Source: a candidate division WOR-3 bacterium (GTDB lineage Bacteria; Hydrothermota; Tepidihabitantia; Tepidihabitantales; Tepidihabitantaceae). From it: a stretch of 64,000 nt of DNA. The DNA is taken from the NCBI GenBank assembly GCA_965649295.1, contig CBFGKH010000001.1, positions 256,001-320,000 of the forward strand. Reading direction: 5' to 3'. The notes beneath the pieces are model-generated. The model had not been told where the DNA came from, made no database searches, and saw only the letters and a list, made by a program, of their open reading frames with translations. A program made the translations under genes and the position numbers. Below, one piece after another: positions 36,793 to 46,950 of this stretch. Positions within the stretch are counted from its first letter, which is position 1; each line of letters begins with the position of its first letter.

Positions 36793-37491
36793 ATGGCCGC
36801 TCTAAGTATGCGAATATTCTCAGTTATCCTGCTGTTCGTTGGTATTGTCGCGGCTCAGGACTCGCCCGAAGCCTGGCTTGTCCCATTCGCCGCAGGCTAC
36901 GCGCCGACAAATCTTCCCGCCTTCAACAGCCGGTTTGCCGGCACCACTCCTCTATTGCCCGAGCGTCAGTTTGGCTGGGGCATTGAGCTGCGAGCACTCG
37001 TTTCGAATCTACTCGTCGGCCCGCTCTATCTGCGGACGTCGTCAGAAGCGACCGGGACTGGCCGCCGTGTTCGCTCAGACGCAACCGCCATTTTCGGCAC
37101 CGCCGGCTTGAAGATTTCGCCGTTCTCATTCCTGACGCTGGTCCCGGCCATCGGCATTGGCGGTCTGAATCAGTCGTTTGCCATTCATGAACTTTCTGGC
37201 GACACTAGTCTCGACTCGTTGCTTCGTAGTCCCGGCCGGAGTATCAGTTTTTCACCCGGCACACAGCTCGCCGGCCTGGCCGCTCTCGAACTTTGTTTTG
37301 TGGTCAACACGACTGCTGGCCGCTACGGCCTCGATCTGCGCGGCGGCTACCTCTACTCTCCCTTCAATCTCACCTGGCGACTATCAAGCGGCGGGCACTT
37401 GACCGGTGTTCCCCAAACCCATCTCGGCGGCCCGTTTGCTAGCGTCGGTATTGCCCTACTGCCAGCCCCGGTCACCGAACCGGCACGCTGA
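36793..37491 (+). CDS. hypothetical outer-membrane beta-barrel-like protein
   Basis: Signal peptide; alternating-hydrophobic strands (FGWGIEL, YGLDLRGGYLY); start ATG 36793 or 36808 behind TTGACA-N16-TATACT. Confidence 0.6.
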   Translation: MAALSMRIFSVILLFVGIVAAQDSPEAWLVPFAAGYAPTNLPAFNSRFAGTTPLLPERQFGWGIELRALVSNLLVGPLYLRTSSEATGTGRRVRSDATAIFGTAGLKISPFSFLTLVPAIGIGGLNQSFAIHELSGDTSLDSLLRSPGRSISFSPGTQLAGLAALELCFVVNTTAGRYGLDLRGGYLYSPFNLTWRLSSGGHLTGVPQTHLGGPFASVGIALLPAPVTEPAR

Positions 37492-38321
37492 TGTCAATTC
37501 GCAACACTGCTGGCCTCGGGCTACTGTTCGCTACTACTGCTATTCTGCTACTCCTTGGCTGCATCTACACCCATCGCTTCGATGATACCACGACCCGCTC
37601 CTTTACGGCAGTTGGGCTGTCCCGGCTGAGCGCTACGACAACGAACGGCGCCATTACGGTTACTGCCGTCACCGACACCGCCATAACCACTACTATCACT
37701 CGGTTCGCCTATGGCCGGTCCCGCGATGATGCCCAGCGGGCGATTATCAATGTCCAGGTTCAGGATACAATCGTCGGCTCAGAACTGCGCATCTGGTCAA
37801 GCCAGCCGGCGGCCGGCACTCGGCCTTATGGTGCATCCTACGCAATAACGTCACCCCCCAACCTGAGCCTGCAGCTCAGCACTACCAACGGAAGCATCAA
37901 CGTGACCGGATTCAATAGCACCGTCACCGCCACCACTACCAACGGAACCATCAGTCTGGCCGACAACCGTGGTCCAGCCGTAATCAGTACAACCAACAGT
38001 GCCATTGATATCAGCGGCCAAGTTGGCCCGGTCAGTGCCAGTACCACCAATGGCCGAATCCGCTGCGACATCGCTGGCCTGACCACTGCTCAGGCCGTAC
38101 TTCTCGAAACGACCAACGGCGATATCACCCTCTTTCTGCCGGCCGACGTGTCGGCAACGATTGATGCCCGCAACACCAACGGCACCATTGCCTTCTACGA
38201 CTTCAACTTCACCTTTGACAGCCTGCCGACCGAACACCATGTCCGGGCAATAATCGGTTCCGGCAGCTCACCCATCAACCTGCGCACCACTGATGGCAAT
38301 ATTACCGTTCGCCGGCGCTAG
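37491..38321 (+). CDS. DUF4097 beta-strand-repeat lipoprotein
   Basis: Lipobox LLGC; repeated TTNG.I. Confidence 0.85.
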   Translation: MSIRNTAGLGLLFATTAILLLLGCIYTHRFDDTTTRSFTAVGLSRLSATTTNGAITVTAVTDTAITTTITRFAYGRSRDDAQRAIINVQVQDTIVGSELRIWSSQPAAGTRPYGASYAITSPPNLSLQLSTTNGSINVTGFNSTVTATTTNGTISLADNRGPAVISTTNSAIDISGQVGPVSASTTNGRIRCDIAGLTTAQAVLLETTNGDITLFLPADVSATIDARNTNGTIAFYDFNFTFDSLPTEHHVRAIIGSGSSPINLRTTDGNITVRRR

Positions 38322-38365
38322 CTGCTTGCAACTGAATCGAAGACGAGAATTGGACCGTCAAATAT

Positions 38366-38665
38366 ATGAATAAATTAATAACCAATGCCGATGCCGACGA
38401 GCTAGAGAAGGTTTTCAAAGCACTGGGCCACCGCCTCCGGTTGCAGATTGTGTTTGGTTTGCTCGACCAGGAATGTAACGTCAAGAACATGACCGAATGT
38501 CTGCGTACGGCTCAGGCTACCGTCTCTCAGCAACTGGCAGTGTTGCGCGCTGCTGGTGTTGTTGATTGCACTCGGCGCGGTAACCAGGTCTGTTATCGGG
38601 TAACCAAACCGTGGATTCGTAGGCTGGTGCGGACTATTGTCCGCAGCCGAGAAAAGGAGCGTTAG
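38366..38665 (+). CDS. ArsR/SmtB family transcriptional regulator
   Basis: VFKALGHRLRLQI, ECNV, QATVSQQLAVLR.AGVV...R.G..VCY. Confidence 0.9.
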   Translation: MNKLITNADADELEKVFKALGHRLRLQIVFGLLDQECNVKNMTECLRTAQATVSQQLAVLRAAGVVDCTRRGNQVCYRVTKPWIRRLVRTIVRSREKER

Positions 38666-38666
38666 C

Positions 38667-38993
38667 ATGGCCGACCTGAAACAGGTAAATGATGCAACCT
38701 TCAAGTCCGAGGTAATTGATAGCGAGCTACCGGTGCTCGTTGACTTCTGGGCACCGTGGTGTGGCCCGTGCCGAATGATTGCCCCGATAGTCGAAGGCAT
38801 TGCCGCCAAATATGCCGGCAAGCTCAAGGTGGTCAAGCTCAACACCGACGAAAGTCCCGATATACCCGGCCGCTACAACATCAGCGGCATTCCCACCCTG
38901 ATTGTCTTCAAGGCCGGCAAAGAAGTCGAGCGCCACGTTGGCTACGCACCGGAGTCGGTCCTGATTGAGAAGATTACCCCCCATCTCGCCTAG
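38667..38993 (+). CDS. trxA: thioredoxin
   Basis: VDFWAPWCGPC, GIPTL; AAGGAG RBS before ATG 38667. Confidence 0.96.
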   Translation: MADLKQVNDATFKSEVIDSELPVLVDFWAPWCGPCRMIAPIVEGIAAKYAGKLKVVKLNTDESPDIPGRYNISGIPTLIVFKAGKEVERHVGYAPESVLIEKITPHLA

Positions 38994-39009
38994 CGCCAGC
39001 GACCATCGC

Positions 39010-39049
39010 CAAAGCACGGAGCGAACGCTCCGTGCTTTGTCTTTGTCTT
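39010..39049 (+). terminator. intrinsic terminator after trxA
   Basis: CAAAGCACGGAGCG-AA-CGCTCCGTGCTTTG followed by TCTTTGTCTT. Confidence 0.8.
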
Positions 39050-39071
39050 CGCTTAGGGTAAAATCGGACCT

Positions 39072-40479
39072 GTGCGCTACCGCCAATTGACTGACTTAGC
39101 GCTAGCCGAGCTACGACGGCTGACCGCAGCCGAACGCGTCATTACCGACCCGGCTGCCATCGTTGACTACAGCCACGACGAGAGCGTTGCCCCACCCTGC
39201 CTGCCCGAAGCTGTCGTCAAACCCATAACCGTCGAAGAAACCGCGGCGGTCGTCCGGTGCTGTGCCCAAGAGCGGATTCCGATCACTCCCCGCGGTCTAG
39301 GCACTGGTCTCTCCGGCGGCGCAGTGCCCAGCTATGGTGGCATCGTCCTATCACTCGAATTGTTCCGCCGGCTCGAAGTTGATCCCCCTAACCTCACCCT
39401 GCGCACCGGCCCCGGCAATACCACTGCCCGGGTCCAGCAGGCTGCTGCCGAATACGGCCTCTACTACCCAGTTGATCCGGCCTCGCTCGAAGACTGCTCA
39501 ATCGGCGGCAATGTCGCCGAGAACGCTGGCGGCGCGCGCGCCTTCAAGTATGGCGTGACCGGCGAACTACCTGCGCGGCATCGAGGCAGTGCTCGCCGAC
39601 GGCTCAGTTGTCCGCTGGGGCGGCGACCTGCACAAGAACGTCACCGGCTACGACCTCTGCCGCCTGCTCACCGGCTCGGAAGGCACGCTCGCCATCATCA
39701 CGAACATCACCCTCAAGCTCATCCCCAAACCGCGCTATACAGTTGACCTGCTCATACCCTTTGCCCGCATGGGCCAAGGTCTTGAACTTGTCAACCGGAT
39801 GGTTCATGACCAGCGACTCGTACCGGCGGTTGTCGAGTTCATCGAACGCAAGGGCATCTGCGCCTGCAATCAAGTTCTCGGCTCGGCCCTGCCGTTCGCT
39901 GATGCCGAAGTCCAAGTACTAGTCGAACTCGACGGTAACGACCGGACCCGGGTCCTCGAAGAATCAGTCCAGGTCGGGGAACTAGCAATGAACCTTGGCG
40001 CACGCGAACCACTGGTCGCCGACAACCCAACCGACCAAGAACGACTCTGGCACGCCCGACGCGAGCTGCACAATGTCCTCAAGCAGACATACGCTGGCCT
40101 CGCCACTGAGGATATCGTCGTGCCCCTGAGTCGGATTCCTGAACTGATTACGGCTCTGGCCGAACTGGAGCAACATCACTCTGTGCCGATCGTGCCCTGG
40201 GGCCACATCGGCGACGGCAACATCCACGTCGGCATGTGCCGCAGCAACGGCTACACCGATGACCAGTGGCAGCAGAAGAAGAGAGCAATTGTTGACGACC
40301 TGACTGGCCACGTACTTCGGCTCGGTGGCCAGATATCAGCCGAGCACGGCATCGGCATAACTAAGAAGCGACTGCTGAAACGCGCCATCGGCCCGGCTGA
40401 ACTAGAGCTGATGGCCCGGCTCAAGCAGAACCTCGACCCAGACCATATCCTCAACCCCGGCAAGATTCTACCCGACTGA
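39072..40479 (+). pseudogene. FAD-linked oxidase (GlcD/D-lactate dehydrogenase family) split by a one-base insertion near 39561-39564
   Basis: PRGLGTGLSGG, SIGGNVAENAGG, KYGVT in one frame; NYLRGIEAVLADG, GYDL...GSEGTL, GHIGDGNIH, AEHGIG, LNPGK in the next. Confidence 0.8.
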
Positions 40480-40482
40480 GGG

Positions 40483-40810
40483 TCGAGGACTCCTCGCCGC
40501 TGCCCACCAATCAGTACCCCAAACTATCCGCCATACCAACTGATAGGTTGACCGGCGAGCACTGTTCCCGACGCTCGAGCCAACAGACCGCCTCGCTGCC
40601 CAGGCAACCCACGACCAAATGGCATAACCAGTAGCTTCCGCCAGGGCCTGGCCGACTGCTGTGACAAGAGTTCGATAGGTAACAGGCAGAGCCATCTCCC
40701 CGACAACCCCAGCCACAATCGGCATGGCTGCCCCGGGGACGCCCTGGGGTAGATTGGTTGGTTTGACATTAGTTATTGACCAGCAGCAAGTTAGCCTCTC
40801 CATCAACAGT
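40483..40810. repeat. degenerate 12-bp periodic tract D
   Basis: In-phase units, e.g. CCCGACGCTCGA / GCCAACAGACCG (40567-40590) and CCCGACAACCCC / AGCCACAATCGG / CATGGCTGCCCC / GGGGACGCCCTG (40699-40746). Confidence 0.6.
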
Positions 40811-40866
40811 CCGGCTCTGTGTACTAACTTTATACTTTCCCGCGTTCATCAGTTTCTTCCCTGCCC

Positions 40867-40902
40867 AAAAAGCAGCGGCGGGGATAGCCATCCCCGCCGC
40901 TG
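40867..40902 (-). terminator. intrinsic terminator
   Basis: CAGCGGCGGGGAT-AGCC-ATCCCCGCCGCTG with a U tract on the minus strand. Confidence 0.8.
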
Positions 40903-40917
40903 AACCACAACCACTGA

Positions 40918-42732
40918 CTAATGGGACAGTATCAGCTTCGTGACCGGCGACTCGCTACCCGCCACACGGGCAAAGTAGATGCCACTGGCCAGCTTGTCAG
41001 CATCAAGCCGAGCCTCGCCCCGCACTAGGTCAAGTCGGCGCACGATACTGCCGCAAGCGTCATAGACCTCAATCGCCCGCTCGCCACCACGCGGATTAGC
41101 GAGCCGCAGCCATGTGACGCTGCCAAATGGATTCGGACTAGCTGTGACTCGCACCGGCACTGGCACTGGCAGCGGAGCAAGCTCTTCCTCGACGCCGACC
41201 GTGCCGCGGACAACCGCGCTGATACAGACATCCCGTGCCGAAGCATCACGGCCTGGTGCCCAGACACCGGTGAACTCCCAGCCCATGTTCGAGAGCGGTG
41301 GCACTGAGTCCATCCCGAACGAGACCGTCGAATCGGGTGAGACGATGCCAACGAAGAACGTTCCGTCTTCAATGACCACCGGCGTCGGCAACGCCTGCTG
41401 GTACCACTGGCCAAGAGTAATCCTGATGGTCGTCTGATACAGCGTGTCACCGGGCCCGCCGCCGATACCGTTGTCATCATAGAGGCCGAATACGCAGTTC
41501 TGGCCACTAGCCGACTGAGCCCAGGCCCGGATTGCAGTCACGGTGCACGGATAGACCGGTGGAATGAACCGGTTACCAAACCCACCAAACCCGTTCCAGT
41601 ACATTGCGCTGTAGGCCGAATCGGTGTAAGTCAGTGTTCCGGGCAGGGTGAGTACCCGCACTTCGATGTTGCAGGTATCGTTCGTCCGGGCCATGTCACC
41701 AGTCAGATTGGTGATGAATCGGGCGATATAGGTACCAGTCGTGGTCGGTGTCCAGGCCGCGAAATTGAGCGACTCTTCCTGCCCCGGGGTCAGGGGCGAG
41801 CTCCAGGCCGAGTCGGTAAAGACCACGCTACCGTTCTGCCGCAGGATTCGAGCATACACCTTGAACGAAGCCTCAGGCTGGTTGCCAAAGTTCTTCACCT
41901 TGGCCCAGAGCCGCAACGGTCGATTGTTCGGCTGGAACACACCGCCGCGATACTCGTTCATCGCCACATCAACACCGACGTCATGAGCCTGATAGGTTGT
42001 TGACTCGGGCGGGAAGAATCGGACTGCCAGGTCTGCGTGGTACATGTTGCCGGGTGGAGTCACGCCGGAAAGGTAGTTCAGTCCGACCGCACCGGAGACG
42101 TTCTCGATACCGGTCTGGTTATTTGTCGGCGACCAGCCGTTGTAGGGCGCGCCCGACTGCTCCTTATACTGGAAGGTAATCGAGGAATCAGGCCGGCTGA
42201 GGATAACCTGGAAGGTGTTGTTGCCGCCGGTATTCCAGAACCGAACGCTGTCATACTGAACAATGAAGGTGTCCTGCGCCGGATTGGTCCAATACCAGAC
42301 CGACCCGTTTGGCGAACCGGTCGGGCTGCAGTCAATATCGGACATCAGGATCGCCAAGGTGTTGTTCGACCGGTTAACCGACGGAATCCGCTGGAACGGC
42401 GAGGCATTCATCGTGTTGTCGTGGAACGCGATGTAGCCGTTCGAACCGATGTAGCAGGACGTCACCTGATACCAGTAATACGGGAACGAAAAGCCGAGCG
42501 GGAAAGGCCCGACAACATTGTCGTCGCCAAGACCGGTAACTCTGGTGCCGATGCCCTTGATGTTAATCCAGTTGAACGTCGGGGCACCAGGACAGACCGT
42601 GTCCGAATCAAGATAGCGATACCCATAGGCATCAGGCCCGCCGCCGCCGAGCAGTGTCGGTTCAGCGGGTGGAGCCTGGATACCGGCTGGGGTCATCGCC
42701 ACCAGCACGGCTGCAAGAATGGTTACGAGCAT
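40918..42732 (-). CDS. secreted protein with GPDAYGY module, CARDB domain and T9SS-like C-terminal domain
   Basis: AAGGAGG RBS; signal peptide; GGPDAYGYRYLDSD; HDVGV...ND; SPNPF...YDACG...GIYFA...KLIL. Confidence 0.8.
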   Translation of the reverse strand: MLVTILAAVLVAMTPAGIQAPPAEPTLLGGGGPDAYGYRYLDSDTVCPGAPTFNWINIKGIGTRVTGLGDDNVVGPFPLGFSFPYYWYQVTSCYIGSNGYIAFHDNTMNASPFQRIPSVNRSNNTLAILMSDIDCSPTGSPNGSVWYWTNPAQDTFIVQYDSVRFWNTGGNNTFQVILSRPDSSITFQYKEQSGAPYNGWSPTNNQTGIENVSGAVGLNYLSGVTPPGNMYHADLAVRFFPPESTTYQAHDVGVDVAMNEYRGGVFQPNNRPLRLWAKVKNFGNQPEASFKVYARILRQNGSVVFTDSAWSSPLTPGQEESLNFAAWTPTTTGTYIARFITNLTGDMARTNDTCNIEVRVLTLPGTLTYTDSAYSAMYWNGFGGFGNRFIPPVYPCTVTAIRAWAQSASGQNCVFGLYDDNGIGGGPGDTLYQTTIRITLGQWYQQALPTPVVIEDGTFFVGIVSPDSTVSFGMDSVPPLSNMGWEFTGVWAPGRDASARDVCISAVVRGTVGVEEELAPLPVPVPVRVTASPNPFGSVTWLRLANPRGGERAIEVYDACGSIVRRLDLVRGEARLDADKLASGIYFARVAGSESPVTKLILSH

Positions 42733-42906
42733 TGGTCCTCCTTTAGGTCCTGCCAGTGCAGCGACCTCTCAATTGTTGCAAGTACTGCAATACTGACAGC
42801 AACTGTGCTGCCAGCATCACTATAGACAGAGACCCCCGGATGTCAAGCTACCGTAATCGCCCTGTTGGTTTGACGCAAGCTCTGTTGGCGCTAGATTGCT
42901 ATCCAG

Positions 42907-43953
42907 ATGAACCTGCTCGCCCTGCTCGTCTTCGCTACCAGCCTTGGCACGAATGACGCCCTCACAGCGGTTGACCAGGCCCGGTCTCGCCTCATTCTCG
43001 AACAGCTTCCTCTTGCCTTGAGCTGGCACGGTACCGCGGCTCTCCTCTATTCAGAACCGGACGCACTGCCAGACAAGATTGGCGTCTATTTTGCGGGTGC
43101 CACGCTCGGCTATTCCGGCACCCTGCTGGCCACCGGCTGGTTACCCCTGAACGAGTCTCAAGCCCATCTCGCCACTGCTCTCGCCTACCGTGGCATCCTC
43201 GCTGGCCACTCGCTCGATTCCTGGGTGAAGTTCCAGCCCTGGTCACGACGCGTACTCGTAATGTGGCTCGGCAGTATCACTGCCCAGGCCGTCGGCCTCG
43301 TCAGCGGCCGCTGCCTGAACCCTGGCCAGGCCGAGCTACTCCTCACCGCCACCGACCTCGGTGCGCTTCAGGGCATCGGCATCGGCACAATCCTAAACGA
43401 CGTAGTATTCCACGATTCGCTCTGGCATTCCTCACCCTCAACCGGCATCCTACCCGGCCAGGTCATCGGTGCGATTGCCGGCCTCGCTATGCTTCAGAGT
43501 TGGCACCGCACCGAAGGCCAGACGCAGCTAATTCGGGCCGGCGGGTTGGTCGGCGGAGCAATTACAACCGCTACCTGTCTCGTTCTGGCTGGCAATGCCA
43601 GCCTACGGACCCAGAGCATTGCCGCTGGAGCCGGTATGGCCGGCTCGCTTGTTGGTGCCCTACTCACTGCTCAGGCTGTGCGCAATTGCGAATTCGGTGT
43701 CGGCAACGGCTGGCGGCTGGCGGCCGCTGGTACCAGCGGCCTGTTGGCTGGCGCCGCCGCCGGCTGGGCATTTCGCGGTACCCGTGGCGCCCTTGGTGCC
43801 GGCTTGGCCGGCCTCGGGACCCGACTGACGACCGAACTTCTCCTTGCTAGCAGACAACAAAAGGCAGGTTGGACTGCTCGCCTGACACCGTTGGCAGCCA
43901 GTTCTTCTCGAATCGACCACCACTGGACAATCGGTCTCGGCATTCGCTTCTAG
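42907..43953 (+). CDS. hypothetical Gly/Ala-rich membrane protein
   Basis: 348-aa ORF with glycine-zipper-like helices, ending in GLGIRF. Confidence 0.6.
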   Translation: MNLLALLVFATSLGTNDALTAVDQARSRLILEQLPLALSWHGTAALLYSEPDALPDKIGVYFAGATLGYSGTLLATGWLPLNESQAHLATALAYRGILAGHSLDSWVKFQPWSRRVLVMWLGSITAQAVGLVSGRCLNPGQAELLLTATDLGALQGIGIGTILNDVVFHDSLWHSSPSTGILPGQVIGAIAGLAMLQSWHRTEGQTQLIRAGGLVGGAITTATCLVLAGNASLRTQSIAAGAGMAGSLVGALLTAQAVRNCEFGVGNGWRLAAAGTSGLLAGAAAGWAFRGTRGALGAGLAGLGTRLTTELLLASRQQKAGWTARLTPLAASSSRIDHHWTIGLGIRF

Positions 43954-44025
43954 CCGACTATCGTCTGCCCGCGGTTGACAGGATTGGTCAGCCGACTAGA
44001 ATACGACACCGAGGAGGTCCAAGCC

Positions 44026-44709
44026 ATGTCCCCAAAGCCTGCTGGTATCGCTCGCTATATCGATCACACGCTGCTCAAGCCGGATGCAACCCCGGCCGAG
44101 ATTGAGCAGCTCTGCCGCGAGGCGATTGAGCACGGATTTGCCGCAGTCTGCGTCAATTCCTGCTACGTTGCCATCTGCCGAAGGCTGATCGGCGAGAAGG
44201 GCCCAATCCGGGTCTGCTCGGTTGTCGGCTTCCCGCTGGGCGCAATGGTGGTGGAGGCTAAGCAAGCCGAAGCCGAACAGGCCATCTTCCGCGGTGCTGA
44301 TGAGCTGGACATGGTTGCCAACGTCGGCTGGCTTAAAGCCAAAGAGGATCGCCGCTACTTGGCCGACATCAAGGCAGTCGTGACTGCGGCCCGCGGACGG
44401 ACTGTCAAGGTCATACTCGAGACCTGCCTGCTGACTGACGAAGAGAAGGAACGGGCCACCCGCCTCGCCATCGAAGCCGGCGCAACGTTTGTCAAGACCT
44501 CGACCGGCTTTGCCAGCGGCGGCGCAACCGTTGCCGACGTGGCCCTGCTTGTCCGGGTTGCGGCGGACCGAATCAAGGTGAAGGCCAGCGGAGGAATTCG
44601 CGACTACGGTACGGCCATGGCAATGATTCAGGCCGGAGCAGCACGAATCGGCACCAGTGCCGGAGTCGCCATTGTCGAACAAGAGCGAGCGCAGCGCTCG
44701 CAAGGATGA
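44026..44709 (+). CDS. deoC: deoxyribose-phosphate aldolase
   Basis: IDHTLLKP, VVGFPLG, KVILET, FVKTSTGF, VKASGGIR, RIGTS; GGAGG RBS. Confidence 0.97.
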   Translation: MSPKPAGIARYIDHTLLKPDATPAEIEQLCREAIEHGFAAVCVNSCYVAICRRLIGEKGPIRVCSVVGFPLGAMVVEAKQAEAEQAIFRGADELDMVANVGWLKAKEDRRYLADIKAVVTAARGRTVKVILETCLLTDEEKERATRLAIEAGATFVKTSTGFASGGATVADVALLVRVAADRIKVKASGGIRDYGTAMAMIQAGAARIGTSAGVAIVEQERAQRSQG

Positions 44710-44732
44710 ACAAAAGCAATCGGAGGAACTGA

Positions 44733-45977
44733 ATGGCGTATGGTAAGATGAAAGAGTTTCTGCAGGCTGAACTCAAGAGCGTTCAGGAAGCAGGGCTCTA
44801 CAAGCAGGAACGTTACATTCACGGCCCGCAGGGCGCGGATATCAAGGTCGAGTTTCCGGCCGGTTCGCCCCAGAAGGACGTGCTCAACTTCTGTGCGAAC
44901 AACTACCTCGGACTGTCCAGTCATCCCGAGGTAATGAAGGCGGCAAAGGAAGGCCTTGACAAGTGGGGCTACGGCATGTCCTCGGTGCGATTCATCTGCG
45001 GCACCCAGGACCTGCACCGCACCCTCGAAAAGAAGATTGCTGACTTCCTCGGCATGGAAGATGCTATTCTCTATTCTTCCTGCTTCGACGCCAACGGCGG
45101 TCTGTTTGAGTGCACCCTGACCGATCAGGATGCGGTCATCTCTGACGCCCTCAATCATGCCTCAATAATTGACGGCATTCGCCTCTGCAAGGCCGAGCGT
45201 CACCGCTACGAGCACGCCAATATGGCCGACCTCGAAGAGAAGCTGAAAGCAACCCAGGGCAAGCGTTTCCGGATGATTGCCACCGACGGCGCGTTCTCGA
45301 TGGACGGCGACGTCGCCAAGCTTCCTGAAATCTGCGACTTGGCCGAGAAGTATGACGCGCTGGTAATGATTGATGACTCGCACGCAACCGGGTTCATGGG
45401 CAAGCATGGCCGGGGTACCCATGAGCACCACAACGTGATGGACCGCGTCGATATCATCACGACGACATTCGGTAAGGCGATGGGCGGTGCCTCCGGCGGC
45501 GTCACTGCTGCTCGCAAGGAGATCGTCGAGATTTTGCGCCAGCGCTCACGGCCCTATCTCTTCTCGAACTCACTCGCGCCGGTTGTCGCTGCCGCTACGG
45601 TCAAGGTAATTGACCTACTGAGCTCCACCACCGAGCGCCGCGACAAGCTCGAGCGCAATACAATGTATTTCCGCAAGGCGATGACCGAGGCCGGCTTCGA
45701 CATCAAGCCGGGGGTCCACCCAATCGTGCCGATAATGCTATACAACGCCAAGCTTGCCCAGGACTTTGCCCGCGACCTCTACTTTGAGGGCATCTACGTC
45801 ATCGGCTTCTTCTATCCGGTCGTGCCCAAGGGCCAGGCCCGAATCCGTGTCCAGCTCTCTGCCGCGCACGAGACCGAGCACATTGACCGGGCAATCGCTG
45901 CCTTCAAGAAGGTTGGCGAGAAATACGGTATCCTCGGCAAGACCCGCGAGCAGATCATCGAGAAATACGGCCTCTAG
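44733..45977 (+). CDS. kbl: glycine C-acetyltransferase (2-amino-3-ketobutyrate CoA ligase)
   Basis: [54 protein letters not shown]. Confidence 0.95.
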   Translation: MAYGKMKEFLQAELKSVQEAGLYKQERYIHGPQGADIKVEFPAGSPQKDVLNFCANNYLGLSSHPEVMKAAKEGLDKWGYGMSSVRFICGTQDLHRTLEKKIADFLGMEDAILYSSCFDANGGLFECTLTDQDAVISDALNHASIIDGIRLCKAERHRYEHANMADLEEKLKATQGKRFRMIATDGAFSMDGDVAKLPEICDLAEKYDALVMIDDSHATGFMGKHGRGTHEHHNVMDRVDIITTTFGKAMGGASGGVTAARKEIVEILRQRSRPYLFSNSLAPVVAAATVKVIDLLSSTTERRDKLERNTMYFRKAMTEAGFDIKPGVHPIVPIMLYNAKLAQDFARDLYFEGIYVIGFFYPVVPKGQARIRVQLSAAHETEHIDRAIAAFKKVGEKYGILGKTREQIIEKYGL

Positions 45978-45998
45978 TTCGCCACAGCCACTAGTAGT

Positions 45999-46032
45999 GC
46001 GTCCCGCCCAGTCTGGGCGGGACGCCAGTTTT
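45999..46032 (+). terminator. intrinsic terminator after kbl
   Basis: GCGTCCCGCCCAG-T-CTGGGCGGGACGC-CAGTTTT. Confidence 0.7.
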
Positions 46033-46052
46033 GGCCCACCATAATCAGAACC

Positions 46053-46913
46053 TCAGAGTGGCCCTGCCCGGCCGGCCTGCTGGTAACCGTTAGCAGACCG
46101 GCTCCTCCGCGTCCAAAGCGGCCGCACGCCCAGGCCGCGCACCTCAACTTGGGAACGGACAAACCCGAACCCCGCCATCTCGGCTGCGCCAAGCGCCGGT
46201 CGCAGCGGATTGTTCTCAACAACAAAGATGTTAGGAATTGAAAGAAGCGGCTCGAACGAACAAGCGCTAACAGCGGTCGGTAGCGAGAACGAACCAAGTA
46301 GAGCAACGTCAGCAACCGGGCCGGATTGAGTCATCATTAGTTCGGCCGGGTCGAGGATGCGGAGTCGGCGCACTCGCTCTTTTGCCGCCTTAGCCTCAAG
46401 ATACCGGCGCAACAGAGGCAGCGGTTCCAGGACAATTACACCAGCCGACTTACGCAAGCGGGGCAGGATGACACTTGTGCCGTCGCCAGCCAGCAGCCAG
46501 CGGGTACGCCAGAGTGGAAACTGGCGCAGAATCGGCTCAAACTTCCACTCATTCCAAGGCAGGGCATCCCAGAGCGGCGGTGCCTTGGCCCGCAACAGCT
46601 CAAATGCGCAGCGCCGCACCAGCTTGGCCTTAGCCTGATCTATTCGAGCCAGTGTCAGTTCGCCTTCTGGCCACGCATAGTAAGCTGGGTCCAGACCAGC
46701 GAGCTCAATCTTGAGGTGACAGAGTACGTGCGGCGCGTTGGTCAGCGCAACTGTCCAGCAATCTTGCCAGTCAGCCGACGGTAACTGACGATTGGCCGCG
46801 AAAACCGCCGCCAGTGTCTGACTGTCGAGAAGACAAAAATCGTCGAACCCGAGCTGGCCCAGTTGGACGAGCCACCCGCCAAGGTCGGTCTGCTCCGTGC
46901 CTGCCGCCGCCAT
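46053..46913 (-). CDS. hypothetical protein (possibly a degenerate class I methyltransferase fold)
   Basis: 286-aa ORF at the end of the fsa-tkt-aminotransferase run; only a weak LAGDGT...VLEP pattern. Confidence 0.55.
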   Translation of the reverse strand: MAAAGTEQTDLGGWLVQLGQLGFDDFCLLDSQTLAAVFAANRQLPSADWQDCWTVALTNAPHVLCHLKIELAGLDPAYYAWPEGELTLARIDQAKAKLVRRCAFELLRAKAPPLWDALPWNEWKFEPILRQFPLWRTRWLLAGDGTSVILPRLRKSAGVIVLEPLPLLRRYLEAKAAKERVRRLRILDPAELMMTQSGPVADVALLGSFSLPTAVSACSFEPLLSIPNIFVVENNPLRPALGAAEMAGFGFVRSQVEVRGLGVRPLWTRRSRSANGYQQAGRAGPL

Positions 46914-46950
46914 CTTGGTGGCCTAGCTCGGCACTGCTGACAGCCAGCCG

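Noticed and set aside
39555..39575. Programmed frameshift or phase variation in the oxidase
   Set aside because: No slippery heptamer, homopolymer or short tandem repeat at the junction.
11522..40810. Periodic tracts as CRISPR arrays or ordinary VNTRs
   Set aside because: No identical repeat-spacer alternation, no cas genes, and no identical units.
43996..44703. Long antisense ORFs (also 5910-6590, 27713-28423, 29283-30113, 42037-42825, 49429-50355, 60176-60886)
   Set aside because: They shadow well-supported genes on the other strand, as expected in GC-rich DNA, and show no motifs.
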